A stretch of 63,996 nucleotides of DNA, the filler included, from Anaerolineae bacterium (GTDB taxonomy: Bacteria; Chloroflexota; Anaerolineae; B4-G1; DUEL01), in NCBI GenBank assembly GCA_041082215.1. It is 6 parts of 6 records of this genome, joined end to end, with 100 filler letters (N's around TTAATTAATTAA, not from the genome) between each part and the next. Parts side by side here need not be neighbours in the genome. Positions count along the whole stretch, not along the records: positions 1 to 24,762 come from JBDOIF010000101.1; 5 more parts are not named here. One strand, 5' to 3'. Below are positions 9,056-18,531 of this stretch, in pieces. Each line of letters begins with the position of its first letter. The first letter of the stretch is position 1. The notes under the pieces were generated by a model. It did not search any database. It was not told the origin of the DNA and was given only the letters and a program-made list of their open reading frames with translations. Made by a program: the position numbers and the translations under genes.

Positions 9056-10704
9056 GGTCCTACCTCATAGACAAAGATAGAATACCCGATCTTCGCCTCC
9101 GGCTCCCGCGCCCGGAACCAGGCATAGAGGTCCGGGTTGGGCAACGCCGCCCCCACCAGGTTGCTCACACTGATGGCGTAGACCCCCGGCTCCGGAGCCT
9201 CCGGGTTGAAGGGCGGATTTTCCCACAGGGGAAAGCCATAGGGCACCCCCGGCAACAGGTCGTAGGCGATGCCATAGTACTCCGGCCGGGCGCTGCCAAA
9301 CCATGCCAGCCGTACCCGCTCCACCCCCTCCCGCTCCATCCACGCCCGCAACCCCTTCAGGTCCTGCCCCCAATCTATGTTGGAATCGGCCAGCACCCGC
9401 CACCCCCTCTCCGGGCCGCCGCCCAGAAAGTTGAAGAAGGCCAGGAAGTGCGGATAGATGCACAGGGTGGCGAGGGCGAGCCAGAGGGAAAGGACGATGG
9501 GGAGAAGACGTTGCACTCTACTGGATGATTGGGCTATTGGGTAATTGGGTAATTGGGTGATTGGGGGACTGGGGGGCTGGGGGAGGCGGGAGAGGTGGAC
9601 GAAAAGAAAGGGGAGAATGGGGAGGAGGTGGCGGTAGCCCAGGTTGAGGCGAGCAGCGGTGGAGGCCAGAAAGAAAAGCAGGGGCGGGGTCAGGAGAAAC
9701 AGGTCATCCCGCGTGGGGCGGCGGAACATCAACGCTGTGGCAATCAGAACCCCCGCCAGCGTCGCCAGGGGGGTCTTGACCCCAAAGGCGACCGGGAAAT
9801 AATACCACCAGCCCTCAGTGCTGACCTCACCCAGCAGGTAGCCGGGCCTGCCTCCACCCGCAAAGCCCAGCACGGCCCGGATCCCCCGCAGATAGGACGG
9901 AGCCGGAACGGGCAGGCCGGTCTCCCCCAGCGGCCCTACCTGGAAGCGGTAGGTCCCCCACACCACCAGCAGCCCGACCAGTCCGATCCCCGCCATCATC
10001 GCCGCCCGACCCGCCAGTCGGCGGAGCCGCCCCGGCCCGCCCGGCATCCCGTCCAGCAAAGCCGCCACAGCCAGGATAGGCCCGAAGACCAGGGCGGATA
10101 GTTTAGCGGCGAAGGCCAGCCCCATCGCCAGGCCCGCCCCCGCGATCCGCCACCCCGACGGGCGACGCAGCGCCTGCCACAGGACGTAGGCAGCCAGAAA
10201 GGCAAAGAAGGCCCCTCCCAGATCGGTGGTCGAGAGCCGACCGTGGGCCAGGATGTTGGGGTCGAGCGCACAGAAGGCCGCCGCCAGAAGCCCCCCCCAC
10301 GGGCCGAACCGCCCCGCCGCCCACCGGTAAACCAGCCCGATCAGCAGCAGCGTCAGCCCCATCACCGGCAGCCGGGCCAGGAAGACGATCATCTCCGCGT
10401 CGGCGTTGACCTCCCAGAGGAACAGGTCGGCAAAATGATACCATTCCCCCGCCTCCCACCAGATCGTATCCAGCGGCAGGTTGGGGTGGAGCAACCAATG
10501 GACCGGCAGGGCGCTGAGCAGGTTGACCAGCGGCGGGTGCTCGACGCTGAGCCGGGGGTCGCCGGTGCCCAGATAGGCCGCCCCCCGGGCGATGTGGTTC
10601 TGCTCGTCCATCGTCGGCGATTCCTGCACCGCGCTGGTCAGCATCAGCCCGAAAGCAGCCAGCATCAGCAGGACGGTCAGAAAGGGAGGAAGGGTTTGCC
10701 TCAC
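9052..10704 (-). CDS. GT-C membrane glycosyltransferase, paralog 7
   Basis: TMDEQNH, EHPPL, DPNILAHG, GYRHLLP, DSNIDWGQDL. Confidence 0.88.
   Translation of the reverse strand: MRQTLPPFLTVLLMLAAFGLMLTSAVQESPTMDEQNHIARGAAYLGTGDPRLSVEHPPLVNLLSALPVHWLLHPNLPLDTIWWEAGEWYHFADLFLWEVNADAEMIVFLARLPVMGLTLLLIGLVYRWAAGRFGPWGGLLAAAFCALDPNILAHGRLSTTDLGGAFFAFLAAYVLWQALRRPSGWRIAGAGLAMGLAFAAKLSALVFGPILAVAALLDGMPGGPGRLRRLAGRAAMMAGIGLVGLLVVWGTYRFQVGPLGETGLPVPAPSYLRGIRAVLGFAGGGRPGYLLGEVSTEGWWYYFPVAFGVKTPLATLAGVLIATALMFRRPTRDDLFLLTPPLLFFLASTAARLNLGYRHLLPILPFLFVHLSRLPQPPSPPITQLPNYPIAQSSSRVQRLLPIVLSLWLALATLCIYPHFLAFFNFLGGGPERGWRVLADSNIDWGQDLKGLRAWMEREGVERVRLAWFGSARPEYYGIAYDLLPGVPYGFPLWENPPFNPEAPEPGVYAISVSNLVGAALPNPDLYAWFRAREPEAKIGYSIFVYEVGP
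9521..9584. repeat. Degenerate 8-mer tandem array (TTGGGTAA-like x8) inside CDS
   Basis: ctggatga ttgggcta ttgggtaa ttgggtaa ttgggtga ttggggga ctgggggg ctggggga; encodes PQPPSPPITQLPNYPIAQSS. Confidence 0.8.
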
Positions 10705-13223
10705 CGCAGCACCACCCCGGTCAGAAACACCGCATCCCCCAGCGGCCCCCCGTCCGGCCCGGCCACCGGCAGACGAACGCCCGTCCCCAGGTCGTACATC
10801 CCCACCAGGAGAGGGATCGGCCCCTTCGGCGCATCGGCGGCGATGGGAAGGACGTGATCATCCCGCACCCACCGGCCCGGCTCCCAGCGGGTGGTGGGCC
10901 ACAGGCCACAGCCGGGGGCCGAATCGTGCTGGCCCCACATCGTCCCGTCGTACAGGTGGGTGAAGACCTGGTAGGAAACCTGCATCGGCTCCAGCGCCTC
11001 CCAGTATAGGGTCAGCCGCAGGCTCCCGCCGGGACGGGCATCGGCTGTGTCCAGCCGGTAGCCCACCAGCCGCACCTGCCCCCCCAGCACCGCCCCCACC
11101 GGCGTGACACCTTCTGGCGGGTGGGGAAGCACCGCCTCTGGCGTTATGCCAGCATCAAACCGGGCCTCGAACTCCTCAGCATCGTACACCGTCGGCTCCA
11201 TCTCCGAAGGACCCGGTCGGTACAGCCACAGCTTCGGCTCCCCACCCACCCGGATCACCGCCGCCAGGTGGTAATGGGCCTCCAGGTCCGTCCGATCCAC
11301 CGGCATCTCATCCTGCACCCGCGCGGCGATGAGGTAGAGGTCGGGACCCGGGCAGTAGGTCCGCTCCATCCCCCGCATATACCAGCGGGTGATCTCCTCC
11401 TCCTCGTTACTGGCGTACACCCCGTCCCGTTCCCCCTCCGCTACCAGCGCCCCCACCGCCTTCCAGCCGGCCCGATACGGGAAACCGAAAAGGCCGAAGC
11501 GGGGCAGTTCGTCGTAGGGGGTCCAGTAGATCGGGCTGCGGTGCTCCGGCCAGGTGCGGCGATATTCAGGAGTGTGATCCACAAACATCATCCAGACATA
11601 ATAGCCGCAAAGGACATAAAGGGCAAGGAGGGTTATGACCCTCACTCCCCTCCCGGCCCCCCCATAGAGGAGGGGGGTGAGGGTCCCGGCAGCCAGGAGA
11701 GAGGCGGCCGGGAAGACGTTGAGGACGTGGGTGCGGGGGTCCCACACCAGGAAGCAGTGGAAAAGAAAAGGCACGCCGAACCAGAGCCAGAGCGCCCGCT
11801 CGCCCGGCGTAATCCGATGGGAGAAAACGATAGCGCCCAGCCACACCACCACAGCAGCAACCGCACCGTAGGGGCCGGTCCTTGTTTCCGCCCCAGCCCC
11901 CGCCCACGTCGCCAGGACCAGGGCCGTCAGGCAGAGCGCAGGCACCGCGAGCCCCCACCGCCGGAACGGACGGAACCCGGCCGCCGCTACCAGCACCCCC
12001 AGACCGACCACGTAGTAGGTCGAGTTGTAGAGAGTGGTCAGCGGCAGAGTGGAGAGCAGATTATTGTAAACCGGCCCGCCCGTCCCCACCCGCTCCGCCC
12101 GCAGGTAGGCCAGGGTCTTGGCAAAGTTGGGATGCAGCGCGTAGGGCAGGTAGAAAAGGGCCAGCACCGTCGCCCCTATCGCCGCAGCCAACACAAGCGA
12201 CCTGCGTAGCGCAAGATGAATCTTGCGCCACGGAGAACACAGAGGGAAGCGGTGAGAAAATGTCCCTCCACCTATCATCTCTGTGCCCTCTGTGTCTCTG
12301 TGGTGCAAGCGCTGAACGATCAGGTAGAGCGCGGCGGGCAGGGCCAGCGATGCGTCGTAATGCGCCAGGAGGCCACAGGCCAGGAGACCACTCCCAGCCA
12401 GAAGCCACCTTTCCTCCCCTCGCTCCCGCCAGCGCCACACCGCCAGCAGCCCCAGCGCGGTCGTCATCAACACCAGGCTCTGGTACTGGACGATGCGGCC
12501 AAAGCCGACGAAGTAGCCGTTGATCGTCAGGATCAGCCCCCCGACGAGGCCGGCCTGTCGGTTCAGGAGATGGACGCCCAGAAGCGCGACCGCCAGCACC
12601 CCCACCACCCCCGCCATCGAGAAGGGAAGCCGGGCCTGCCACTCGCTGATCGTCCCGCTGAGGGCCCAGGTAGCGACGGGGGTCAGAACCTCCAGCGGAC
12701 CCTTCTGATGCAGGAACAGCGGGTCCGGATCGCCGGTGAGAACGCCAGCGGCCCGCACCATAATGACCCCCTCGTCGCCCTGGAACTCGCTGTAGCCCAG
12801 GTTGACGAGCCGGAAGAGGGAGGAAAGGCAAACCACAGAGACACAGAGAGCACAGAGGGAAGAAAAAGGTTTTTCCGAGGTCTTTATGTCCTCTCCGTGC
12901 CCTCCGTGCCTCCGTGGTAGGACAGCCGAAGCGACCAGCAGGTGGAGGCCCACGGCCAGGGGCCAGCCGGGGAAGGGGCCGGGGAGGTAGGAGAGGAGGA
13001 GCGTGAACAGCCAGGTGGTGCCGAAGCCCAGCCCCAGGCCCACCGCTCCCTCCTCCGCCGACGGCCACCGCCCACCGGAGAGGTGGAGACCCCAGGCCAG
13101 CCCCGGCAGCACCCAGAGCAGCAGGAAAGCCCCCCCGTACCTCAGCCCCGGCACCGCCAGCGCCAGGTCCGCCAGGAGCGTCAGGCCGAGCAGGGCCAGG
13201 GCCGGCTGATGCCTGCGGCTCAT
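10701..13223 (-). CDS. GT-C membrane glycosyltransferase, paralog 6
   Basis: ATG at 13223 (MSRRHQP) overlapping upstream stop; EFQGDEG, HQKGP, GRIVQYQS, C-terminal YQVFTHL domain; ORF-track upstream extension is shadow. Confidence 0.85.
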   Translation of the reverse strand: MSRRHQPALALLGLTLLADLALAVPGLRYGGAFLLLWVLPGLAWGLHLSGGRWPSAEEGAVGLGLGFGTTWLFTLLLSYLPGPFPGWPLAVGLHLLVASAVLPRRHGGHGEDIKTSEKPFSSLCALCVSVVCLSSLFRLVNLGYSEFQGDEGVIMVRAAGVLTGDPDPLFLHQKGPLEVLTPVATWALSGTISEWQARLPFSMAGVVGVLAVALLGVHLLNRQAGLVGGLILTINGYFVGFGRIVQYQSLVLMTTALGLLAVWRWRERGEERWLLAGSGLLACGLLAHYDASLALPAALYLIVQRLHHRDTEGTEMIGGGTFSHRFPLCSPWRKIHLALRRSLVLAAAIGATVLALFYLPYALHPNFAKTLAYLRAERVGTGGPVYNNLLSTLPLTTLYNSTYYVVGLGVLVAAAGFRPFRRWGLAVPALCLTALVLATWAGAGAETRTGPYGAVAAVVVWLGAIVFSHRITPGERALWLWFGVPFLFHCFLVWDPRTHVLNVFPAASLLAAGTLTPLLYGGAGRGVRVITLLALYVLCGYYVWMMFVDHTPEYRRTWPEHRSPIYWTPYDELPRFGLFGFPYRAGWKAVGALVAEGERDGVYASNEEEEITRWYMRGMERTYCPGPDLYLIAARVQDEMPVDRTDLEAHYHLAAVIRVGGEPKLWLYRPGPSEMEPTVYDAEEFEARFDAGITPEAVLPHPPEGVTPVGAVLGGQVRLVGYRLDTADARPGGSLRLTLYWEALEPMQVSYQVFTHLYDGTMWGQHDSAPGCGLWPTTRWEPGRWVRDDHVLPIAADAPKGPIPLLVGMYDLGTGVRLPVAGPDGGPLGDAVFLTGVVLR
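12206..12304. repeat. Composite in-frame insertion: GTAG-type REP abutting a CACAGAG palindrome
   Basis: gtagcgcaagatgaatcttgcgccac then ggagaacacagagg...ctctgtgccctctgtgtctctgtggt. Confidence 0.75.
12832..12918. repeat. In-frame CACAGAG palindromic element (87 bp)
   Basis: 26-bp arms accacagagacacagagagcacagag / ctccgtgccctccgtgcctccgtggt differing only by transitions. Confidence 0.85.
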
Positions 13224-14170
13224 CCCTCCCTCCGTCGCATCTCCCGCAGCGCCTGGACCCCGTACATCAGCCCGCCCATCAGCCCCGCCGCCGCCGAGAC
13301 GGCGTAGATCGAGAGGGACATCCCGGCAGCGGTGTTGCTGTCTATGCCAGCGGGGTTGAAGAGCGCCACCACGGTCCAATCGCGCACCCCCACACCGCCC
13401 ACCGAGATGGGGATCATCAGGCTGATGGAGATGAGGGGGGCTGTGATGAAGAAGTAGCCCAGGCTCAGGCCGATCCCCACCGCCCGCCCGCAGAGGAAGT
13501 TGATCAGGATGTTCATGAGATTGAAGACCAGCGAGATCCCCAGCGCCTGCCCCACCGCTCGCCAGCCGCAGCCAGTGATGGCGGCGTAGAGCCGCCCCAG
13601 GGGGCCGGAGCCGGCCAGCGAGAGCTTCTCCGGAAGCCAGCCGGTCGCCCGACGGAGCAGCCGCCCTTCCAGCAGCAACCCGCCAGCCAGCAGCCCGCCC
13701 CCCGCCACCCCCACCAGCAGCCACGTCAGCCAGGGGACCAGCAGCGAGGCGCTGAACGGCAGCGCAGCCAGACCCATCGCCATCAGCACCAGAAGGCCAG
13801 TCATACGGTCCACCAGCACCGTACCGACGGCGGCGGGGGTGGGGGTATCCTGGGTCAGCTCCAGCGCCCGTACCACGTCCCCGCCGAAGCCGGTGGGGAG
13901 GAAGCTGTTGAAAAAGGCCCCCACGAAGTAGAGATAGGCCAGCCGCCAGAAGGGAACCTGCAGGCCCAGAGCGCGCAGCAGGACCGCCCACCGTGCGGCG
14001 CGGATGACCAGACTGAGGAGGAAAAGGACAAAGGCGGCCAGGAGCAGCCGCAGGTCGGCGGCGCGGAGCACCGCCAGGGTCTGACTCAACCCGATCTTCC
14101 AGAGCAGGAAGCCCAGCGCGCCAGCACTGATCAGCACACGGGCCAGGTTCAGCCATTTCTTCCGGTTCAT
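13220..14170 (-). CDS. Flippase-like lysylphosphatidylglycerol synthase TM-domain (UPF0104) protein
   Basis: IRAARW, FFNSFLPTGFGGDVVR, VDRMTG, PISVGGVGVRD; ATG at 14170. Confidence 0.88.
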   Translation of the reverse strand: MNRKKWLNLARVLISAGALGFLLWKIGLSQTLAVLRAADLRLLLAAFVLFLLSLVIRAARWAVLLRALGLQVPFWRLAYLYFVGAFFNSFLPTGFGGDVVRALELTQDTPTPAAVGTVLVDRMTGLLVLMAMGLAALPFSASLLVPWLTWLLVGVAGGGLLAGGLLLEGRLLRRATGWLPEKLSLAGSGPLGRLYAAITGCGWRAVGQALGISLVFNLMNILINFLCGRAVGIGLSLGYFFITAPLISISLMIPISVGGVGVRDWTVVALFNPAGIDSNTAAGMSLSIYAVSAAAGLMGGLMYGVQALREMRRREG

Positions 14171-16464
14171 GGCATCTCTACCTCCAGCGGCAGCAACATC
14201 AGCCGGTCGGTCCCGGCTACGGGGAGACGGGGGCCGTCGGGGGGGCGGTAGAGCCCAACCTGAAGCGCATACCGTCCTGGCGGCGTCTCCGCCGGCACCT
14301 GCAGGGGATGGGAAAGGACGATCACATCTCCGGGTTCCAGCCCATCCGTTGCCACCGGCCAGCCGTCCCACTGGGCGATTGGCAGCCCATCCTCCCCCAG
14401 CAGGTGGACGAAGACGGCCAGCGGGGGAGCCAGCGGCCCCTCCACGCGCCAGTAAGTGGTCAGGGTGAAGGAGCCTCCGGCGGCCACGGCATCCGCAGAG
14501 CGGGTCCATCCAGTCAGGGCCGGGCCTTCCTGGAAAGAGGCGGGCAGCGGGACGGGCGTTCCGTCGGGAGCAGTGGGCACGCCGTCGGCGGGGATCTGTG
14601 TCAACAACGGGCGGGCGTCCGCCAGGGGCCCTTCGGCCAGCACAGCGGCGACGAGGGGGGAATCGGGCACTGGAGCCAGGGCCAGATAGCGGGCCGGGCC
14701 GCCAGAGGCCAGGATGAAGGCCCCGGCCCCGGCCCACTTGGTCACCAGCCGATGGCCCTCCCTCAACCCCAGTTCCTCTGCCGAAAGGCTCGAAACCTCC
14801 GGCCCGACCACAACGGTCCGGTCCACCTCAGTCCCCGGCGGGTAGTCCACCCTGTAGATCAGAATGGACCGCCCCGCCCGCGCATCCGGGGTCCGGTCGC
14901 GGAAGAAGGCATAAAGGTCCTGTGCCCGGTAGACCAGGCCCAGGTGGAGGCTGGTGGCGCTGATGGCGTAGGTGCCCGGAGGGGGCGTGCAGGGGTTGAA
15001 GCCGGCGACCTCCGGTCCCCACAGAGCGCGGGAAAAGCCGGGCAGCAGGCGGGCCCGGACGCCGTAGGCGGAAGGGTAGGCGCTGCCAAAATAGGCCAGC
15101 CGCAACTCTTCAGAGGGGTGGGATTCCTGATAGGCCCGTAACGCCACCAGGTCCTGCCCCCAATCCACGTTCATATCGGCAAAGATGCGCCAGCCGTTAT
15201 TGACCCCGCCGCCCAGCTCGTTTACGTAGGAGATGTGGTCGGGAAAGATGAGCAGCGCCTCCAGCCCGGCCCATACCAGAAGAAGCGCCAGCCCCGCACG
15301 GGCCAGACGGGCGCGGGGCCAGGCGGAAAGCGGCCCCACGGCAAGGGGGAAGGCAAAGAGCAGCACCGGCAGGATATAACGGTAGCCAATCTGGAGCGTG
15401 CTGACCGAGCTGGCGCCGAAGTAGAGAGCGGCCGGGGCCCACCACAGCGCCGTCTCCCGCCAGCGGCGGACGGCGTGAGCCAGTCCGTAAGCGAGCAGAA
15501 GCAACGTGGACAGCGGCGTCTTGAGGACAAATACGACGAGATAATAGTACCACCAGCCCGTGTCGCTGACCCGCCCCAGGAGATAGGTGGGCGTCCCACG
15601 GGCCACGCGCTGCCAGACGCGGGGGATGCCCCGCAGAAAGGTGGCAGCGGGCAGGGGGACCCCTCCCTCCCCCACCGGTCCGACCTCAAAGCCGAACACA
15701 GCCCAAACGGCCAGTGCAGCCACCCCGGCCATCCCCACCAGCGCCAGCAACCGTCGCCCCGGGGACAGGGCCTCCCCCCGGGCCGGGCGGTAGAGCAGGA
15801 CGACCAGGAAAAAAGCAGGGGCGAGGATGACGGCAGAGATCTTGGTCGCCACGGCCAGCCCTGCCGCCAGTCCCGTTGCCATAAGGTTCAGGGTGGTGGG
15901 CTTTCGCAGGTACTCCCCGAGCCGCCAGACGGCGACGAACATCAGCCCCGCAACCGGCAGGTCGTTGGTGATGAGGCGACCGTTGGCGACCACGTTGGGA
16001 TCGAGGACAAAGAGGGCCAGGCCCACCCAGGCGGCCGGCTCCCCAACGGTGGCGCGGATGGCGGCAAAGAGAGGCAGTCCAAAAAGCATCGTCAGCGCCA
16101 TCAGCGGCCGGCGGCATACCCGGATCAGGTCGGGAGCCTTCGCCCCGTTGTCCACCCAGAGATATTCGTCCACCAGCGCCTCGGCATCGCCAGCCTGCCA
16201 GGCCGGATGGTCAACGGGGAACGGGGTCAGATCGTCCCGCATCAGGAGCGGCAGCGCGGCCAGCACCTGGGCCACCGGCGGATGCTCCCAGCTCAGACGG
16301 GGGCTTCCTGTGCGGAGGTAGGCGTAACCGGAAACCAGATGGTATGTCTCGTCGAAGGCGGCCGACTTGCGGGCGCTGCTAATGTCCATCTGGACCCACA
16401 GAACCCCCAGCAGAAGGCACACCCCCGCCCAGCGGGCAGGCCGCACCAGCCTATCTTTCCTCAA
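14167..16464 (-). CDS. GT-C membrane glycosyltransferase, paralog 5
   Basis: AFDETYH, EHPPV, GYRYILP, DMNVDWGQDL, C-terminal AVFVHLL domain. Confidence 0.88.
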   Translation of the reverse strand: MRKDRLVRPARWAGVCLLLGVLWVQMDISSARKSAAFDETYHLVSGYAYLRTGSPRLSWEHPPVAQVLAALPLLMRDDLTPFPVDHPAWQAGDAEALVDEYLWVDNGAKAPDLIRVCRRPLMALTMLFGLPLFAAIRATVGEPAAWVGLALFVLDPNVVANGRLITNDLPVAGLMFVAVWRLGEYLRKPTTLNLMATGLAAGLAVATKISAVILAPAFFLVVLLYRPARGEALSPGRRLLALVGMAGVAALAVWAVFGFEVGPVGEGGVPLPAATFLRGIPRVWQRVARGTPTYLLGRVSDTGWWYYYLVVFVLKTPLSTLLLLAYGLAHAVRRWRETALWWAPAALYFGASSVSTLQIGYRYILPVLLFAFPLAVGPLSAWPRARLARAGLALLLVWAGLEALLIFPDHISYVNELGGGVNNGWRIFADMNVDWGQDLVALRAYQESHPSEELRLAYFGSAYPSAYGVRARLLPGFSRALWGPEVAGFNPCTPPPGTYAISATSLHLGLVYRAQDLYAFFRDRTPDARAGRSILIYRVDYPPGTEVDRTVVVGPEVSSLSAEELGLREGHRLVTKWAGAGAFILASGGPARYLALAPVPDSPLVAAVLAEGPLADARPLLTQIPADGVPTAPDGTPVPLPASFQEGPALTGWTRSADAVAAGGSFTLTTYWRVEGPLAPPLAVFVHLLGEDGLPIAQWDGWPVATDGLEPGDVIVLSHPLQVPAETPPGRYALQVGLYRPPDGPRLPVAGTDRLMLLPLEVEMP

Positions 16465-18521
16465 GGCGTCCTCACTTCAACAGGGGGCAACAACAGCCGG
16501 TCCGTCCCGTTCACAGGCAGACGGGGGCCGTCGGGCGCCCAGTACAGCCCTACCTGCAACGTGTAGGTTCCCGGCCCCAGATCGCCAGGCAGGTCCAGCA
16601 CGTGCTTCTGAACGATCACATCCCCCTGCATCCATCCGTGGGGAGGGCTTTCCAGGCCGTCATCCTGAACCCGCAGGCTGCCCTCGCCGTCCAGCAGATG
16701 GACAAAGACCTTCAACGCCTCCGCTGGAGGGGACTCCACCCGCCAGACAGTCAGAAGGACCAGACGACCGCCGGGGCGGGCGTCCTGTTCCACCCATTCT
16801 ACCCCCACCAGCGCCAGATGACCACCGAAGGAGGCCGGGATCGGGGCGGGGGTCCCATCCGGCAGCGTGGCCTCGACCCCGGACAGCCTCCTCTCGACCT
16901 CTGCCGCCTCTGGAAGGGCAAATTCAGAAAAGGGAGCCGCCCCCCACCCCACCTCCCGTCCCCCCCAGGCCAGCAGCCGCTGGCGCAGGTCGGCGTCGAA
17001 GGGGACCACCTCCGGCACGAGCAGCCGTCCGCCAGCCCCCGCCGGAACGACCAGCGTCTCGCGGGTGTCGCAGAGGCGGACGTGGCTCGTCTCCCCCCGC
17101 GCCGCCAGTTCGACCCCTGGCCCGTCCATCGTGTGCACCGAAAGCCCTGCCACCACCACCGGCACCTCCGACCCCAGCTCATCCACCCGATGCGCCGCAG
17201 CGGTGAGCGCCGTCTGGTAATCGAAGCGGACCACCTCGTCCCGGGGCCAGAGGAAGAAGTAGTCGCGGAGGGTGAAGGAAGCAAAAAGCAGGATGCAGAA
17301 TGCGGGAAGCAGGAGGCGAGTTGCAAGATGCAAGATGCGAGAGGCAAAATGAATCTGTATCCTGCCTCTTGCCTCCTCCATCCTCCCCCCCATCTCCGCA
17401 AGCGCGATGGCCGGGAAGGCAAAGACCACCACCAGCCCCAGGATGTCCCGGATCGAACTGGGAGCGACTGAGGTGACGACGCTGGGGACCAGGGAGCCGG
17501 CCAGCCAGATGAGCAGAAGGGCGTATCGGTGGTCCCGCCAGCGCCAGAGGGCGATCCCCACGCCGACGTAGAAGAGAAGGGCATTGAGCAGGTCGGTAAA
17601 GACCGGCCTTCCCGGCACGTTCTGCCGCGGCCAGGGATCGCCCCGGAAGGTGAACATCCCCAGGTTGGCCTTGAGGTTCTCCCACGCAAGGGAGGGGTCG
17701 CCTGCCAGGAGCCGATCCAGCGGTTCGCGGACCTCTGCCACACGGGTCTCGGCCCCTGGATGGGCGGCCAGCCAGAAAAGGAGCGGCGCGGCCACCGCCG
17801 CCGCGACGAAGGCCGCCAGCAGGAGATACCGCCACTGCCTCCGCAGGAGATCCCGGTGGAAAAGCGCCAGGTAGCCCACATAGGCGGCGAAGATGAAGGG
17901 GAGCACACGGGCGGCCATATAGGTGTAAAGGGAAAGCCCCAGAAAGAGTCCAGACGCCCCGTAGAGGCCGACCTTGTGTCGGCTCCTGTCCAACCCCCGG
18001 AAGAGGGCATACATCGCCAGGGCCGCCGTCAGCGGGAGCGCGATCGCCCGCAGTGCGACGCGGGCGTAGAAGAGGGGCCAGAACCCCACCGCCAGATAGG
18101 CCCCCGTCAGCAGCGCCACCCGCTGGCCGAACAACCGGCGCATCAGCGAGAGGGTCACCGCCAGCCCCAGCAGCCCCAGGGCAGCCGACGGATACCGTAG
18201 CCCCAGCCAGTGGTCCCCAAAGAGGGCCACCGTCGCCACCTGAAGGTAGTGGTAGAGCGGCTCGTGGCCGTAGGCAGCGGTGAAGTAGATGGCGTGATGG
18301 CCGCTCAGGATGTCCTGGGCGATCAGCCAGTGGGCCACCTCGTCGTGGGCCAGGCCCGGCGGCACCTCCCCCAGCGCCCAGAAGCGAAGCACGGCGGCCA
18401 GGAGCAGGATGAGGACGGAGGAGGACAACCACCGTAGAGTAGCAGGACAACTGCTCACAGTTGTCCTACCCTCCCCTCCGCGCTCTCTGTGTCTCTGTGG
18501 TTGCAAAGCTGTTCCGCTCAT
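16461..18521 (-). CDS. GT-C membrane glycosyltransferase, paralog 4
   Basis: PPGLAHDE, YGHEPLY, GLSLYTYMAAR, C-terminal KVFVHLLD domain. Confidence 0.88.
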   Translation of the reverse strand: MSGTALQPQRHRERGGEGRTTVSSCPATLRWLSSSVLILLLAAVLRFWALGEVPPGLAHDEVAHWLIAQDILSGHHAIYFTAAYGHEPLYHYLQVATVALFGDHWLGLRYPSAALGLLGLAVTLSLMRRLFGQRVALLTGAYLAVGFWPLFYARVALRAIALPLTAALAMYALFRGLDRSRHKVGLYGASGLFLGLSLYTYMAARVLPFIFAAYVGYLALFHRDLLRRQWRYLLLAAFVAAAVAAPLLFWLAAHPGAETRVAEVREPLDRLLAGDPSLAWENLKANLGMFTFRGDPWPRQNVPGRPVFTDLLNALLFYVGVGIALWRWRDHRYALLLIWLAGSLVPSVVTSVAPSSIRDILGLVVVFAFPAIALAEMGGRMEEARGRIQIHFASRILHLATRLLLPAFCILLFASFTLRDYFFLWPRDEVVRFDYQTALTAAAHRVDELGSEVPVVVAGLSVHTMDGPGVELAARGETSHVRLCDTRETLVVPAGAGGRLLVPEVVPFDADLRQRLLAWGGREVGWGAAPFSEFALPEAAEVERRLSGVEATLPDGTPAPIPASFGGHLALVGVEWVEQDARPGGRLVLLTVWRVESPPAEALKVFVHLLDGEGSLRVQDDGLESPPHGWMQGDVIVQKHVLDLPGDLGPGTYTLQVGLYWAPDGPRLPVNGTDRLLLPPVEVRTP
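17281..17387. repeat. Degenerate 7-mer array (GCAAGAT-like x10) with short inverted partner array inside CDS
   Basis: gcaaaaa gcaggat gcagaat gcgggaa gcaggag gcgagtt gcaagat gcaagat gcgagag gcaaaat, then atcctgc ctcttgc ctcctcc atcctcc. Confidence 0.75.
17961..17989. repeat. GTAG-type REP palindrome, in frame (RSRHKVGLY)
   Basis: gtagaggccgaccttgtgtcggctcctgt, decayed copy of 22056-22088. Confidence 0.75.
18427..18503. repeat. CACAGAG-family palindrome with nested GTAG REP at the 5' end of paralog 4
   Basis: caaccaccgtagag ... caggacaactgctcacagttgtcctac ... ctctctgtgtctctgtggttg. Confidence 0.65.
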
Positions 18522-18531
18522 CGGCCATCAC

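Noticed and set aside
13224..14156. 1151-aa version of GT-C paralog 6
   Set aside because: The N-terminal ~310 aa is an off-frame read of the flippase-like gene; the better start is 13223.
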